Below, piece after piece: positions 20,001 to 30,079 of a stretch of 64,000 bases of DNA (position 1 is its first letter; the number at the start of each line of letters is the position of its first letter). The stretch comes from Patescibacteria group bacterium. GTDB taxonomy: Bacteria > Patescibacteriota > Dojkabacteria > J137. The notes beneath the pieces are model-generated. The model searched no databases, was not told the DNA's origin, and saw only the letters and a list, made by a program, of their open reading frames with translations. A program made the translations under genes and the position numbers. The DNA lies in the NCBI GenBank assembly GCA_963169855.1, contig CAUJCN010000002.1, forward strand, positions 452,885 through 516,884, written 5' to 3'.

Positions 20001-21003
20001 GAACAATAGGTCTTAGATCTGGGGGAATAACAGGCAATACTTCAATAACCAACCATGAAGGGTGAATTGCTGATTTGTGCATTCCTTTGATCAATCTTAG
20101 TCTTTGAGCAGCCTTGCTCTTTCTAAGTTCTGATCTAGAGTTTCTCATCTCATCTTCTAATTTTACAATTTCTTCAGAAATGTTTAGATTATCAAGAATT
20201 CTTTTAATAGCTTCTGCTCCCATTCCTGCTTCGTAGAAGAAGAATGCGTAGCTTTCCAGTAATTGGTATTCCTCTTCAGAAAGAGTTGTTCCAACACTCA
20301 TTGTTTCTACTAATGATTTTAGGTCTGCGAATTTTCTTTCAACATTATCCTGTTTCTGTTTGTAAGCTGATCTTACTTTTGCAGATTCAGTTTTTTCGTT
20401 GTTTCTAATTCTTTCGATTTGAAGTTCTAACTTAGATTTATCCTTGTTAGACTTCCTAGATTCTTCAATTTCCTGTTCGTAAGAGTCAGAGATTTCTTTT
20501 AATTTTGCATCAAGTTCTGTTGAAACTTCTTCGATTTCAGCTGTCTGAAGATCTTTGATACTTTCAATTGCTTTTGCCCTATCTTCATCAGACACAGAAA
20601 TTACAACGTATCTTGCGTAGTAAAGAACTGTCTCCAATTTTTTCTGTGGAATGTCTAAGATCATTGATAATCTATTTGGAATTCCATTCGAGAACCAAAC
20701 ATGTGCTACAGGAGCCGCAAGTTTGATGTGACCCATTCTTTCTCTTCTAACTCTTTTATGTGTAACTTCAGTTCCGCATCTGTCGCAAACGATTCCTTTA
20801 TATCTTACTTTCTTGTATTTTCCGCAGTAACACTCAAAATCTTTTGTTGGACCGAAGATTTCTTCTGCCATCAATCCCTGAGGTTCAGCTTTAAAAGTTC
20901 TATAGTTGATAGTCTCTGCTTTAGTGACTTCACCATAGGACCAATTCATAACATCTTGAGGAGATGCTATCGATATTTTTAGTGCTTTAAAATCTTTTAT
21001 CAT
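17095..21003 (-). CDS. rpoC: RNA polymerase beta' subunit
   Basis: Zn finger [27 protein letters not shown], catalytic [16 protein letters not shown]. Confidence 0.98.
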   Translation of the reverse strand: MIKDFKALKISIASPQDVMNWSYGEVTKAETINYRTFKAEPQGLMAEEIFGPTKDFECYCGKYKKVRYKGIVCDRCGTEVTHKRVRRERMGHIKLAAPVAHVWFSNGIPNRLSMILDIPQKKLETVLYYARYVVISVSDEDRAKAIESIKDLQTAEIEEVSTELDAKLKEISDSYEQEIEESRKSNKDKSKLELQIERIRNNEKTESAKVRSAYKQKQDNVERKFADLKSLVETMSVGTTLSEEEYQLLESYAFFFYEAGMGAEAIKRILDNLNISEEIVKLEDEMRNSRSELRKSKAAQRLRLIKGMHKSAIHPSWLVIEVLPVIPPDLRPIVQLPGGRFATYDLNDLYRRVINRNNRLKRLIQLGAPEIILRNEKRMLQEAVDSLLDNNHKPGAPSLNSRGLPFKSLSDMLRGKQGRFRQNLLGKRVDYSGNAVIVPGPELEFHQCGLPKSIALEIFRPFIVRELISRGFAPNPSRAKVIFEDKEDIVFDILEEVSKDRPVLLNRAPTLHKQSIIAFFPILIEGNAIRLHPMTCTGFNADFDGDQMAVHLPLSEAAVEEASTKMLAKSNMLNLRDGSPIVNVSKDMAMGVYFLTQTRGGEGRTPLYPDLKNLISAYDLGKIDFFNPAKVLVNGEVIETSAGRAIFNSILPEGYPFINKALNNKDISNLSSDLFVKYGSDVAIVVLDQIKNLGFKYGGKYGFSISMNEFKFGTDKVLAEKLGEYDQIEVDLAESYNEGYATLNEFKWNKRDKWVTKSEEIQDAVWEIASKESENLMDLQNSGAVSVKSWVKKISGVVGYVTDPSGNIVDLPIKGNFERGLSNFEYFVNARGSRKGFADVALRTADSGYLTRRLHDVAQDVITVEEDCGATEGVVLSRSEARLQSFGNRVKGRVALEDVVDTKTGEVLVKADEVITLEASRLIDKNEAIERIVLRSPMKCQSTHGICIKCYGYDNGTGKMVDIGVAVGTIASQSLGEPTTQLTLKSKSDARAAKADVTQGLPRVEELLEARNPRAQALLAEIAGTVSIIDDKKSIIIRVTSKDKALKKFEIKAGYEVAVKDGSTIAEGETIFVKNGKELKAEMGGKVKIVEGFVVIEGNTTLESEKETETMINVMVKDGQKVEKGDQLTFGSIDPKELAELKGIEFSQKYIIQGVQDVYGIQGLEVDDRHLEIIGRQMGRYLLVQDGGDSETFLPGDYIDHLDIEKENKVLASEGKREIKARRVFTGITNAALRTESFLSAASFEQQVKVLTDAALVGKVDHLRGLKENVIIGRPVPLGKELLRRQGLLKEEEAQLEENNLN

Positions 21004-21021
21004 ATGTTTGTCTATTAAAGC

Positions 21022-24000
21022 TTAATTATTACTATCTTCTACTAAATTGAATCCACGATCATCAACTGTTTCAACAACAATTTTTGATTCGTTTCCTACT
21101 GAATCAACGATTTCTTCAAGAGCCATATCGTCTCTAGTATCATCGTATTCAGCACTTAACTTTTCCAGCTTAATTCCCAATCCTGCAAGTTCTTTATCAA
21201 GAACGTTGAATGATTCTGGAATATATGGAGCAGTTATCTTTTGACCTGTGATGATTGCCTTGTAAGCTGCTGCTCTTCCAACAACATCGTCAGACTTAAT
21301 TGTTAACATTTCGTGTAGTACATTTGGTACTCCATGTGCTTCAAGTCCCCAAACTTCCATTTCTCCGAATCTTCTTCCTCCCTTCTGAGCTTTTCCTCTT
21401 ACAGGTTGCTGAGTAACAAGAGTGTACGGTCCAGTAGATCTAGCATGAACCTTATGGTCTGCTAAGTGGTCCAGCTTGAAGTAATATTTTACTCCAACTG
21501 TTACTTTCTGAGAGTATCTTTCTCCTGTTCTTCCATCGAATAAGTCTACTTTTTCTTCATAATCTACTCCATTATCTTTAGCCATTTGCATTAATTTATC
21601 CAAAGAGTATTCTGCAAAAGGTTGAATTTCAACTTTTACTCCTAATTTCTTTGCCAATGCTCCGATATGAGTTTCGATAAGCTGTCCAAGGTTCATTCTT
21701 CGAACCATAGATGCAGGTCCTATCAACACATCAACAGGATGACCGTCTGCTGTATGAGGCATGTCTTCAACTGGAACAATCTTTGTAACAACTCCCTTAC
21801 CTCCGTGGAAGTCAGTTAGCTTATCTCCGATTGAAATTTTATGAGTTTTTGCAACCCAAACTTTGATTTGCTTCAAAGCTCCAGCGTTTAATTTAGCTCC
21901 CTTTTCTCTGTCCAAAACCTGAACTCCGATAACAACTCCGTGCTCTCCGTTAGGCATTCTCAATGAGTTGTCTCTAACATCTCTAGCGTATTCTCCGAAG
22001 ATTGCTCTCAACAACTTTTCTTCTGCAGTTAACTCAGTTTCTCCCTTTGGAGCGATAATTCCGCAAAGAATATCGTTTGACTGAACACTTGCTCCTAATC
22101 TTACAATTCCTTGTTCATCAAGATTTCTTAATGTGTATTCTCCAACACCTGGGATATCTCTAGTGATTTGTTCATTTCCTAATTTTGTTTCTCTAACTTC
22201 CTGAATATATTCCTGAATATGGATAGAAGTTAAGATATCTTGTTTTACCAATCTATCGCTAACAACAATTCCGTCTTCGAAGTTATATCCATCGTAAACA
22301 ACATAAGCTGCTCTTAAGTTTACACCTAATGCCAACTCTCCATTATCAGTACACGGTCCATCAACTAAGATGTCTCCTTTCTTGAATGTCTGACCAGGCA
22401 TTACAACTGGCTTCTGGCTGAAACAAGTGTTTTGGTTAGTTCTTACAAATTTTTCAATATTGTATCTTTGTTTTCTTGATTTTGATCCTGCGTATTCAAC
22501 AACAACTTTTGCTGAATCAGCTTCAATTACTTTTCCATCTTCTTCTGCAAAGATTGATCTTCCAGATGCTTTAGCAGCGTCTCTTTCAAATCCAGTTCCA
22601 ACAATAGGAGCTTCAGATCTAATTAGAGGAACAGCCTGAGTCTGAGTTTTAGCTCCGATCAAAGTTCTGTTAGGGTCATCGTTTCCAGCAAATGGAATTA
22701 ATGATAGACCTAATCCAGCAATCTGACTTGGAGAAACGTCGATCAAATCGATCTTTGATGTTTCTACTTTTGCATATCCCTGACCTTCTCTAACATAAGC
22801 CATGTAGTCTGTAATGTTTCCTTCTGAGTCTGTTTTTGTACTCGAACTAGCAATACTATGTAATGCCTCATTGTCTGCATCTAAATATTCAACTTCAGTT
22901 TTGTTTACAAAAGGAACAATTCCAACTGCATCAACTTTTGCCTTCTTTGCTTTTTCTACAACTTCTGCAGTCAACTCTACTCCATCCTTAACGAATGAGT
23001 TTCCTTTTGTCATTCTTCCTTTGAATTTCTTTACATCGTCTTTTGCAAGATCGAACTTTGTAACAACTCTAAAGTAAGGAGCTTCTAGGAATCCGTAGTC
23101 ATTAATTCTTGAGTAAATAGCCAATTGGTTAACCATACCGATTGATGGTCCTTCTGGTGTAGTTACTGGACAAAGTCTTGAATAGTGAGAATTGTGAACG
23201 TCTCTAACTGAGAATGTTGCTCTTTCTTTTGTAAGACCTCTTGGTCCTCCAGCAGAAATTTTTCTCTTAACTTCAAGTTCAGAAAGAATGTTTGTCTGAT
23301 CCATGAATCTCATCAATGCTGAGCTTCCAAAGAATTGGTTTACAGCAGACATAATTGGTCTTGTATTGATAAAAACAGCTGGTGTAACTTTCTCATCTGT
23401 TGAGTAAGTTGCCATCTTATCTCGAATATTCTTTTCCATTAAAAGCATTCCTGCTCTTAGCTTTTCTGAAACTAATTCATCCACTCCTCTAATTCTTCTA
23501 TTTGTTAATGAATCAATGTCGTCAGGAGCTTGTAATCCGCTATTTAATCTAACTAGAGATTTAATGACTTCAACAATATCTCTTTTCTTTAGAATATAGT
23601 CAGCAATTTGGATATCTTCGTCAATTCCTAACTTCTTGTTCAACTTATATCTTCCAACTTTTCCTAAGTAGAATCTTCTCTTGTTGAAGAAAATGTTATC
23701 AATCAATGCTTTTGCATTTTCGATTGAAACTGAATCTTCTGGTCTTAATTTTCTGTAGATGTCGATTAATGCCTCTTCTGTATTCTTAGTTGGGTCTTTT
23801 CTTAAAGTTGCTTCTAAGAAACTATTCTCTTCTGTTCCTAATCCACCTAACGCTTTCTGAATTTCTGCATCAGAGCTATATCCTAGTGCTCTCATTAATG
23901 TTGTTAACAAGATTCTTGGTCTCTTTTGTAGAAGTTTGATGCTCATTACTCCGTATTTGTTTACTTCGAATTCATACCAATTTCCTCTATGAGGCATTAA

Positions 24001-24483
24001 CTTTACGCTGTAAAGTTTCTTCTTTGTTGTTGATGATTTGCTTTCAGAGAATAAAAGACCTTCTGATCTTAAAATCTGGAAAACAACAACTCTTTCATTA
24101 CCATTGATCATGAATGATGCTCTATCGCTCATCAAAGGCATGTCGCATAGGTAAAGTTTCTGTTTCTTAATTTCACCACTCTTCTTATTAACTAACTTCA
24201 CATTTACATGAACAGGAGCGTCATAAGTTTGACCTAAGTTCTGTGCGTCTAAAAAGTTAATTTTTGGTTCTCCCCAAGAAATATCTTCGAAGAAGAGTTC
24301 CCATGAAGTACCTGTATAGTCTTTAATTGGATTAATTTCATCGAATAGTTCTTCGAATCCGTTTTCCATAAATTGTCTGAAGAATTTTTTCTGCGCATCT
24401 AAGAAGTCAACATCTAAATGCGGAAGGGGATTTTTTGTAAGAGTTACTCTCTCTGAGTTTGGATTAGTTGCTTTTTTAGCCAT
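21022..24483 (-). CDS. rpoB: RNA polymerase beta subunit
   Basis: INGNERV, TPEGP.IG, GYNFED, HARSTGPY.LVTQQP, FGEMEVW; start taken at ATG 24483. Confidence 0.98.
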   Translation of the reverse strand: MAKKATNPNSERVTLTKNPLPHLDVDFLDAQKKFFRQFMENGFEELFDEINPIKDYTGTSWELFFEDISWGEPKINFLDAQNLGQTYDAPVHVNVKLVNKKSGEIKKQKLYLCDMPLMSDRASFMINGNERVVVFQILRSEGLLFSESKSSTTKKKLYSVKLMPHRGNWYEFEVNKYGVMSIKLLQKRPRILLTTLMRALGYSSDAEIQKALGGLGTEENSFLEATLRKDPTKNTEEALIDIYRKLRPEDSVSIENAKALIDNIFFNKRRFYLGKVGRYKLNKKLGIDEDIQIADYILKKRDIVEVIKSLVRLNSGLQAPDDIDSLTNRRIRGVDELVSEKLRAGMLLMEKNIRDKMATYSTDEKVTPAVFINTRPIMSAVNQFFGSSALMRFMDQTNILSELEVKRKISAGGPRGLTKERATFSVRDVHNSHYSRLCPVTTPEGPSIGMVNQLAIYSRINDYGFLEAPYFRVVTKFDLAKDDVKKFKGRMTKGNSFVKDGVELTAEVVEKAKKAKVDAVGIVPFVNKTEVEYLDADNEALHSIASSSTKTDSEGNITDYMAYVREGQGYAKVETSKIDLIDVSPSQIAGLGLSLIPFAGNDDPNRTLIGAKTQTQAVPLIRSEAPIVGTGFERDAAKASGRSIFAEEDGKVIEADSAKVVVEYAGSKSRKQRYNIEKFVRTNQNTCFSQKPVVMPGQTFKKGDILVDGPCTDNGELALGVNLRAAYVVYDGYNFEDGIVVSDRLVKQDILTSIHIQEYIQEVRETKLGNEQITRDIPGVGEYTLRNLDEQGIVRLGASVQSNDILCGIIAPKGETELTAEEKLLRAIFGEYARDVRDNSLRMPNGEHGVVIGVQVLDREKGAKLNAGALKQIKVWVAKTHKISIGDKLTDFHGGKGVVTKIVPVEDMPHTADGHPVDVLIGPASMVRRMNLGQLIETHIGALAKKLGVKVEIQPFAEYSLDKLMQMAKDNGVDYEEKVDLFDGRTGERYSQKVTVGVKYYFKLDHLADHKVHARSTGPYTLVTQQPVRGKAQKGGRRFGEMEVWGLEAHGVPNVLHEMLTIKSDDVVGRAAAYKAIITGQKITAPYIPESFNVLDKELAGLGIKLEKLSAEYDDTRDDMALEEIVDSVGNESKIVVETVDDRGFNLVEDSNN

Positions 24484-24615
24484 ACTGCTTTTGTTATAAC
24501 AGGCAAAAAAATTGCGTATTAACAATTCGAATTAATTGTAAACACGCAAGTTAGCTTGTAAATATTACTGATCTATAAACCATCAGGGGTTTAAGTTTTT
24601 GAGAAATGATTCATG

Positions 24616-24645
24616 ATTATAGCAAAGAAAATGTAGTGAGGTCAA
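24616..24645 (-). promoter_or_regulatory. Sigma70-type promoter of the rpoBC-rpsL-rpsG operon
   Basis: Minus strand TTGACC-18 nt-TATAAT with TG extension. Confidence 0.65.
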
Positions 24646-24683
24646 GAAAATAGCCACGAAAAATGGCATCTTTTGAAGATTCT

Positions 24684-25352
24684 TTACTGCTTTTTAAGCC
24701 AATCCGTTGGATCTATGTTATTCACAGTTTGTCCTGATTCAACTTTAATTGTTAATACTTTACCAGAAAGTTGATCTTTATTGCAATTAGCCTCGCCTTT
24801 TTCTTTAACGCACTTAACGAATTCTGTGTACCGTGCAGTATATTCGAGGTTCAAAGAATTGTTTGAAGTAACAATATTTGACATCAAATTATAGTTTCCA
24901 CTTGGTAAAACCAAAGTAAAATCTGACTCGTAAGCTGAAACAGTTACGCAGTATTTTGTACTAGAATTGTTTGTACTTTGAGCACAAACTAATTGATATT
25001 GGCTAAACGATGAATCCCCAACCAATAATGGGAAAATTGAACCCTTGATAGTTCCGTATCCATTCTTAATCTGCCTTTGGAGTTCCGTATCTAATTCAGC
25101 ATTCTCAGCTTTAAGTCTCTCAACTTCGGAATTAAGCTCTCTAAAACTACCTTGAAGGTTATCGATAGTTACCTGACTTTCTTCCTGATTACTATTTAAA
25201 AGCACAGTCGTATCTCTGTATGCACTATTAATATCATTCAATTCTTTAGTTTTTGTATAAAGAAGAACTGCTAAAACAATACTCACTATCACAAAAAATA
25301 AATACAAACCAATTAATAGAATTTTTCTCAGAAGATGAAGAAATTTTTTCAT
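24684..25352 (-). CDS. Membrane-anchored coiled-coil protein with Cys-containing C-terminal domain
   Basis: TM helix, heptad coiled coil, four Cys, IDPTDW ending. Confidence 0.7.
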   Translation of the reverse strand: MKKFLHLLRKILLIGLYLFFVIVSIVLAVLLYTKTKELNDINSAYRDTTVLLNSNQEESQVTIDNLQGSFRELNSEVERLKAENAELDTELQRQIKNGYGTIKGSIFPLLVGDSSFSQYQLVCAQSTNNSSTKYCVTVSAYESDFTLVLPSGNYNLMSNIVTSNNSLNLEYTARYTEFVKCVKEKGEANCNKDQLSGKVLTIKVESGQTVNNIDPTDWLKKQ

Positions 25353-25882
25353 AATTCAATAGTAATTTTTACAGTTTCCCACAGACCTGATGCTGCAGAC
25401 GGAAGGAATTCTACTCCGAAAGTTTCTGGCTGGCCAGATTCGGTTATTAGAATTTGTCTATTATTAGAATTACTTACTTCGAAAACTGAATCATTTTTTT
25501 TGAATCTCATTCCTAAAGTATCAAGACTCGCTCCACTAAAAGTGTACGATCCATAAAATGGTTCATTTTGATTACTTACTAAATTGAGGATATTTTGTGA
25601 TCGTGTATTACCATCATTCAAGAAACTGATTGTATACACAAATCTTGAGTCAGAATATCTCTCCAAACTTGTCCTAAACTCGAACACATCCTCAGAAATG
25701 TTTGTGATTGTCGGAAATATAGTTGCCTTGTTTGCCTCAGAATCTGATGCCCCTAAAATTGAGCTATTACCATCGTTCTTTGGGTTAAGAGAGAAAACTG
25801 TCAAGAATGTAAATCCGTAAATGCCCAGGATAGCTGATAACAGCACTGCTGTTTCGGTAAATCTTATCGCTCCTTTAAACAT
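25349..25882 (-). CDS. Hypothetical membrane-anchored protein
   Basis: N-terminal hydrophobic helix; 4-nt overlap with next gene. Confidence 0.65.
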   Translation of the reverse strand: MFKGAIRFTETAVLLSAILGIYGFTFLTVFSLNPKNDGNSSILGASDSEANKATIFPTITNISEDVFEFRTSLERYSDSRFVYTISFLNDGNTRSQNILNLVSNQNEPFYGSYTFSGASLDTLGMRFKKNDSVFEVSNSNNRQILITESGQPETFGVEFLPSAASGLWETVKITIEL

Positions 25883-25918
25883 TGAATTTTCTTAACTAAT
25901 TATATAGTATATGTGCAT

Positions 25919-26509
25919 ATGAAAAATTTCAAGATAGTTCCGACAATATTGGTGGCATTTGCTTTCGGAAGCTTATTTTTAAACCCTGTTTCCACAGAAG
26001 CACTTGAAAGAATATCCACCGAGCTTAAAGAGTATACTCAAAATCCAGAATCTCAAATTGTTAAATACGAAATGATTCTCTCCTCCGAAGTCAGATCAGA
26101 CAATGTGCGAGTGACTTGGACTTTACGAGGAAATGCAAAATTTGTTGATAGCACAAAATCCACAAGAAGATTTGGAGTCGAGACAGGAGAAACATATACT
26201 GTTCCAATCGAGATTTCACCTACAGGACAAGGAACAGCTGAACTTGTGGGAGTTGCTGAAGTATTTCAAATTGACGGAACTCTAACTTCAACAGTAAGAA
26301 CAAACTTTGGATTTAACAGTGCCTGGGAAAAATTACCAATCACAGAAGATTACACAAACTCAAAAAATCTAAGCAATGTAAAAAGAGTTTTAACAACTGT
26401 TGGAGTTTTTGTTGCCGTTGGAGCTGTTGGCTATTTTGGATTTAGAAGATTCAAAAAATGGTATTCAAAGACACCAGAAGTTAAGTTCGAAGAAGTCTCC
26501 GCAATCTAG
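25919..26509 (+). CDS. Exported Ig-like protein with C-terminal TM anchor
   Basis: Signal peptide, beta-rich middle, TM helix plus basic tail. Confidence 0.65.
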   Translation: MKNFKIVPTILVAFAFGSLFLNPVSTEALERISTELKEYTQNPESQIVKYEMILSSEVRSDNVRVTWTLRGNAKFVDSTKSTRRFGVETGETYTVPIEISPTGQGTAELVGVAEVFQIDGTLTSTVRTNFGFNSAWEKLPITEDYTNSKNLSNVKRVLTTVGVFVAVGAVGYFGFRRFKKWYSKTPEVKFEEVSAI

Positions 26510-26580
26510 ATCCATTACTGATTTCAACTGCTTGTACTGCGATACATTTCATTTTTGAAAGCATCATATATAATGCTTTG

Positions 26581-28245
26581 ATGGAATGGATATTACCTGA
26601 TCAAAATCTACCGTTTTTAGAACATCTCTTTTCTCAAAGCAGTGTTTACAATTCCGATTTTTTTACAGATCACAGCATCGACAAATTACACTCAACTACT
26701 CTACTCCACGACTGCACACTAGCCGCGGAAGTTGTTTTGAAAGCTATAAAAGATAATAAAAAAATCTACATTTACGGCGATTATGATGTCGACGGAATAT
26801 GTGCCACTACAATATTATGGCGATTCATTTATTTTGACTTAGGTTATAGGAATGTTTTTCCCTATGTTCCAAATAGATTTGTAGATGGATATGGGCTTAA
26901 TGCAGACAGCATTCAAGATATTATCGATGATGGAGGAAAAATGATAATTACTGTGGACTGCGGAGTTAAAGATATAGAGTTGGTAGCCGAATTTTCCGAG
27001 GAAATTGATTTCGTAATTACGGATCACCACTCTCTTCGACCCCTTTCTGAAGCGCAGTCCGATGATTACAAGATTTCTAGAGATTCAATTTATTCTTCTC
27101 GTGCAAGAGCCGTTGTTCATCCCCAGCTTGAAGATTACCCATTTCCAAATATCTGCGGTGCAGTTGTAGCTTGGAAGTTAGCACGTGGTATGAGCGAGCA
27201 AATCGGAAACCCTAAATTAAGTGAAAAGTATTTACAGTTCGCTGCAATCGGCACAGTTGGCGATATTATGCCCTTAATAAATGAGAATAGATCTATAGTT
27301 TCTTTAGGATTGAATTTAATAAACTCTACGGAATTTGCAGGCATTAACGCTCTTCTATTAGTTTCTGGAGTTCAGAAAGGGAAGGTTAATGCTGAAACTA
27401 TTGGATTCTCAATTGGACCAAGGTTGAACGCCTCAGGACGACTTGATAGCGCTATGACAGCAGTAAAACTTCTCTGCACAAACTCTTCCGATTATGCGAT
27501 GACTCTTGCAGAAGAGCTTGATAGCTTAAACGCAGATAGACAAAATCTTACCAGAAAGTACATGTCTTTAGCAGAGAAAGAATATCTTAGCAATGATTCA
27601 TTATTCTTACCTATTATTGTTGGAGAGGATTGGCCAGAAGGAATAGTTGGACTAATTGCCGGAAGACTAACAGAAAAGTACTACAAACCTTTCATAATAG
27701 GTTCGAGAAACGGAGACACCATCAAAGCATCTGCCAGAAGCATAGAGGAATTGAATATAACCGAAGCATTAAATAGTCACTCTACTCTACTGGAGAAATT
27801 TGGAGGTCATGCCCAAGCAGCAGGAATGACGTTTGACGCCTCTAATTTAAGTTCTTTCTTGGAGAAGCTAAATAATCATGTTTCTGATATTTTCGGAGGC
27901 AAATCACCCCTTAAAACGCTAAGAATCGATGCTTTGAGCGAGCTAAGAGCTCTGGATTTTTCAACTATTAGAACCATCGAAGTATTGGAGCCATTTGGAA
28001 ATTCGAACAAGAAGCCTACAATTGCTCTCATGGGAATCAAATTCGACTCAATCTCCACTATGGGTAAGGATAAGCAGCACTTTAGAGCAAAATTCAAAAA
28101 CATTGAGTTTGTTCAGTTCAATTTTGAAAAACTTCCAAACCTCTCTACTCTCTACGATGTAGCAGGTTTCCCAGAAATTGATACCTGGAATGGACGAGAG
28201 AAAATCTCATTTAAAATTAGAGATATCCGAGAATCCCTTAGCTAG
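26581..28245 (+). CDS. recJ: Single-stranded-DNA-specific exonuclease RecJ
   Basis: YGDYDVDG, ITVDCG, TDHH, GPRLNASGR, GGHAQAAG, LEPFGNSN. Confidence 0.96.
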   Translation: MEWILPDQNLPFLEHLFSQSSVYNSDFFTDHSIDKLHSTTLLHDCTLAAEVVLKAIKDNKKIYIYGDYDVDGICATTILWRFIYFDLGYRNVFPYVPNRFVDGYGLNADSIQDIIDDGGKMIITVDCGVKDIELVAEFSEEIDFVITDHHSLRPLSEAQSDDYKISRDSIYSSRARAVVHPQLEDYPFPNICGAVVAWKLARGMSEQIGNPKLSEKYLQFAAIGTVGDIMPLINENRSIVSLGLNLINSTEFAGINALLLVSGVQKGKVNAETIGFSIGPRLNASGRLDSAMTAVKLLCTNSSDYAMTLAEELDSLNADRQNLTRKYMSLAEKEYLSNDSLFLPIIVGEDWPEGIVGLIAGRLTEKYYKPFIIGSRNGDTIKASARSIEELNITEALNSHSTLLEKFGGHAQAAGMTFDASNLSSFLEKLNNHVSDIFGGKSPLKTLRIDALSELRALDFSTIRTIEVLEPFGNSNKKPTIALMGIKFDSISTMGKDKQHFRAKFKNIEFVQFNFEKLPNLSTLYDVAGFPEIDTWNGREKISFKIRDIRESLS

Positions 28246-28328
28246 CAGTTGTTTTCTCTTCTTTCTTACTTCATACCACGTGCTGAATATCCTTTTCTAC
28301 TCTACTCTTTGTTATCTCGCACAGATAT

Positions 28329-28370
28329 AAAAAAACCCAGGTCCACTTTGGGGAAAGTGGATCGGGCTTT
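28329..28370 (-). terminator. Terminator hairpin between convergent recJ and HU genes
   Basis: GGTCCACTTT-gggg-AAAGTGGATC stem with flanking A run. Confidence 0.7.
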
Positions 28371-28389
28371 TAAGCTAGAGTCAGTTAAA

Positions 28390-28662
28390 TTATTTAACCA
28401 TGTCTCTGAACTGCTTTCCAGGTCTGAATCTTGGAACGCTTTTTGCAGGAACCTTAACAGGAGCTCCTGTCTTTGGGTTTCTCTTTGTACTAGCCTTTCT
28501 TTTTACAGCAAGGAAAGTTCCAAAGTTAGTTAATGTAATAGCGTCTCCGCTAGATACTGTTTTTGTAACACCTTCAATAAGTGCATCTAAAACTGTAGTA
28601 ACATCTTTTTTTGTCATTCCAGTCTTATTTGCAACCCAGTTTACTAAATCTGCTTTATTCAT
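28390..28662 (-). CDS. hup: HU family DNA-binding protein
   Basis: MNKADLV, FGTF, RNPKTG, PRFRPGK. Confidence 0.95.
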   Translation of the reverse strand: MNKADLVNWVANKTGMTKKDVTTVLDALIEGVTKTVSSGDAITLTNFGTFLAVKRKASTKRNPKTGAPVKVPAKSVPRFRPGKQFRDMVK

Positions 28663-28714
28663 ATAGCAAATAATAATTTTTAAATAGTATAGTTGTACTT
28701 GGCCAAGTTTCCTA

Positions 28715-28743
28715 ATATTAAGCTTTTTGAATAACTAAGTCAA
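28715..28743 (-). promoter_or_regulatory. Sigma70-type promoter of HU gene
   Basis: Minus strand TTGACT-17 nt-TAATAT. Confidence 0.55.
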
Positions 28744-29012
28744 CAAAGGCATCCAAAAGATAGTGATGCCTTAAATCGGCGAGAAGCTTTTGTACACAAC
28801 GGTGTTCAAAATAACTATAGGAACAATTACGATTTTGGCCGGGAATAGTGTTACCAGATGGCCATTTTCGGTCAATATATAACCAAGAACATCTGATATA
28901 TAACCGTTAATATTCCAGCCAGACTATAGTTTTAGGCTACTTTAAATATCCTGAAAATGGCCATATTCTTTCACGTAAAAAGAATTTTTCACGTGGACTT
29001 TTTTCAATTTGG

Positions 29013-29378
29013 CTATTTTTGGGTTATTTTCTTGAAAGCATCCAAAGAGAGAAGAGCACAATTCTTTCTTGAAGTAGTTGGAGTAAACCCAAGCATTTCG
29101 TAGATACTTTGCTCACTGATAGTGATATCTGAGATAGATTTACCCTTTAATTCCTCATAAAGAATAGAAGCTGATGCTATTGAAATTGAGCAACCTTGTG
29201 CATCAAAAGCGATTTGATCTACAAGATTGCCTTCAAACTTGATGTAAAGTGTTAAAGAATCACCGCAAGTTGGGTTTTCTACTGAAACAACTTTATCAGC
29301 ATCCCAAGATGGTTTACCAAAGTTGAGTGGAGAAAGGTAGTGATCTCTTATATTTTCTTGTACTTCTTTGGAATTCAT
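29013..29378 (-). CDS. sufU: SufU/IscU-type Fe-S scaffold or sulfur acceptor
   Basis: DHY.SP.NFG, NPTCGD, GCSISIASAS, RKNCALL. Confidence 0.88.
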   Translation of the reverse strand: MNSKEVQENIRDHYLSPLNFGKPSWDADKVVSVENPTCGDSLTLYIKFEGNLVDQIAFDAQGCSISIASASILYEELKGKSISDITISEQSIYEMLGFTPTTSRKNCALLSLDAFKKITQK

Positions 29379-29405
29379 AGCAATATTTTAACATTCACTG
29401 AATAT

Positions 29406-30041
29406 TTATTCTGGAAGTTCGCCTGTTTTAATAGGATCTAGAACTAAATCCAAGTAACTCTGGGCAATAGAGTAGAGTAGATCTACTTTTCTGATATCAA
29501 TATTTGTAGATTTAGAGAACTCAATAGTTATCTCTTTTGAGTTTTTCTTGGGGTTCTGATCAATAAATTTTATGAATTCTTCCAATGTCTCGTATTTGAT
29601 GGAGCCTAGTAGCGGCGATGTTGATGCTTCAGAAGCGAGATAATTAGTTAGATTCTCTTTAAACAATCTTTCCGAAGACAATCTATAAATTCTACTGAAA
29701 CAATATCCAGCAGCTAGCCATGCAACAAAAATGTATACTCCTGCACGTGGTGTGTCTACATATTTTATCAAAAGATATAAAATGATGAAAAGGGCTACAT
29801 TCATTGCTCCTAAATAGTTATAGAGATTCAATCTATTACTTTTGTACTGAAAAATCTGAGGCTTTGATAAACTTTTTTCCTCAATATTGGTCTGTTTTCT
29901 TTCGAAGTTGAATACCATCAAAATCGAAGATGTAAAAAATGCGAATTCTACCAATGTAAACGTATAGTTTCCAAAAGCATTGAGTACAAAAGCTATAAAG
30001 CAAATAGCCAGTGTTACAAAGTAAAGCTGAAGTCTGTTCAT
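29406..30041 (-). CDS. Hypothetical multi-pass membrane protein
   Basis: Four hydrophobic helices plus soluble C-terminus. Confidence 0.65.
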   Translation of the reverse strand: MNRLQLYFVTLAICFIAFVLNAFGNYTFTLVEFAFFTSSILMVFNFERKQTNIEEKSLSKPQIFQYKSNRLNLYNYLGAMNVALFIILYLLIKYVDTPRAGVYIFVAWLAAGYCFSRIYRLSSERLFKENLTNYLASEASTSPLLGSIKYETLEEFIKFIDQNPKKNSKEITIEFSKSTNIDIRKVDLLYSIAQSYLDLVLDPIKTGELPE

Positions 30042-30079
30042 AATTGAATAAAAATCCTTTATCTAATAATATATCTAAT

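Noticed and set aside
20290-20600. Long charged insertion in RpoC as a possible intein
   Set aside because: No intein terminal motifs; looks like a lineage-specific coiled-coil insertion at a known variable site
17672-23077. Plus-strand ORFs inside rpoB/rpoC, and similar short antisense ORFs throughout the track
   Set aside because: Shadows of real genes on the opposite strand with no motifs
28335-28367. CAGGTCC-containing hairpin resembling SRP RNA
   Set aside because: Lacks the GGAA loop and AGCAG motif; position and A run fit a terminator
28249-28666. Plus-strand ORFs 28249..28533 and 28400..28666
   Set aside because: Antisense to HU and spanning its terminator
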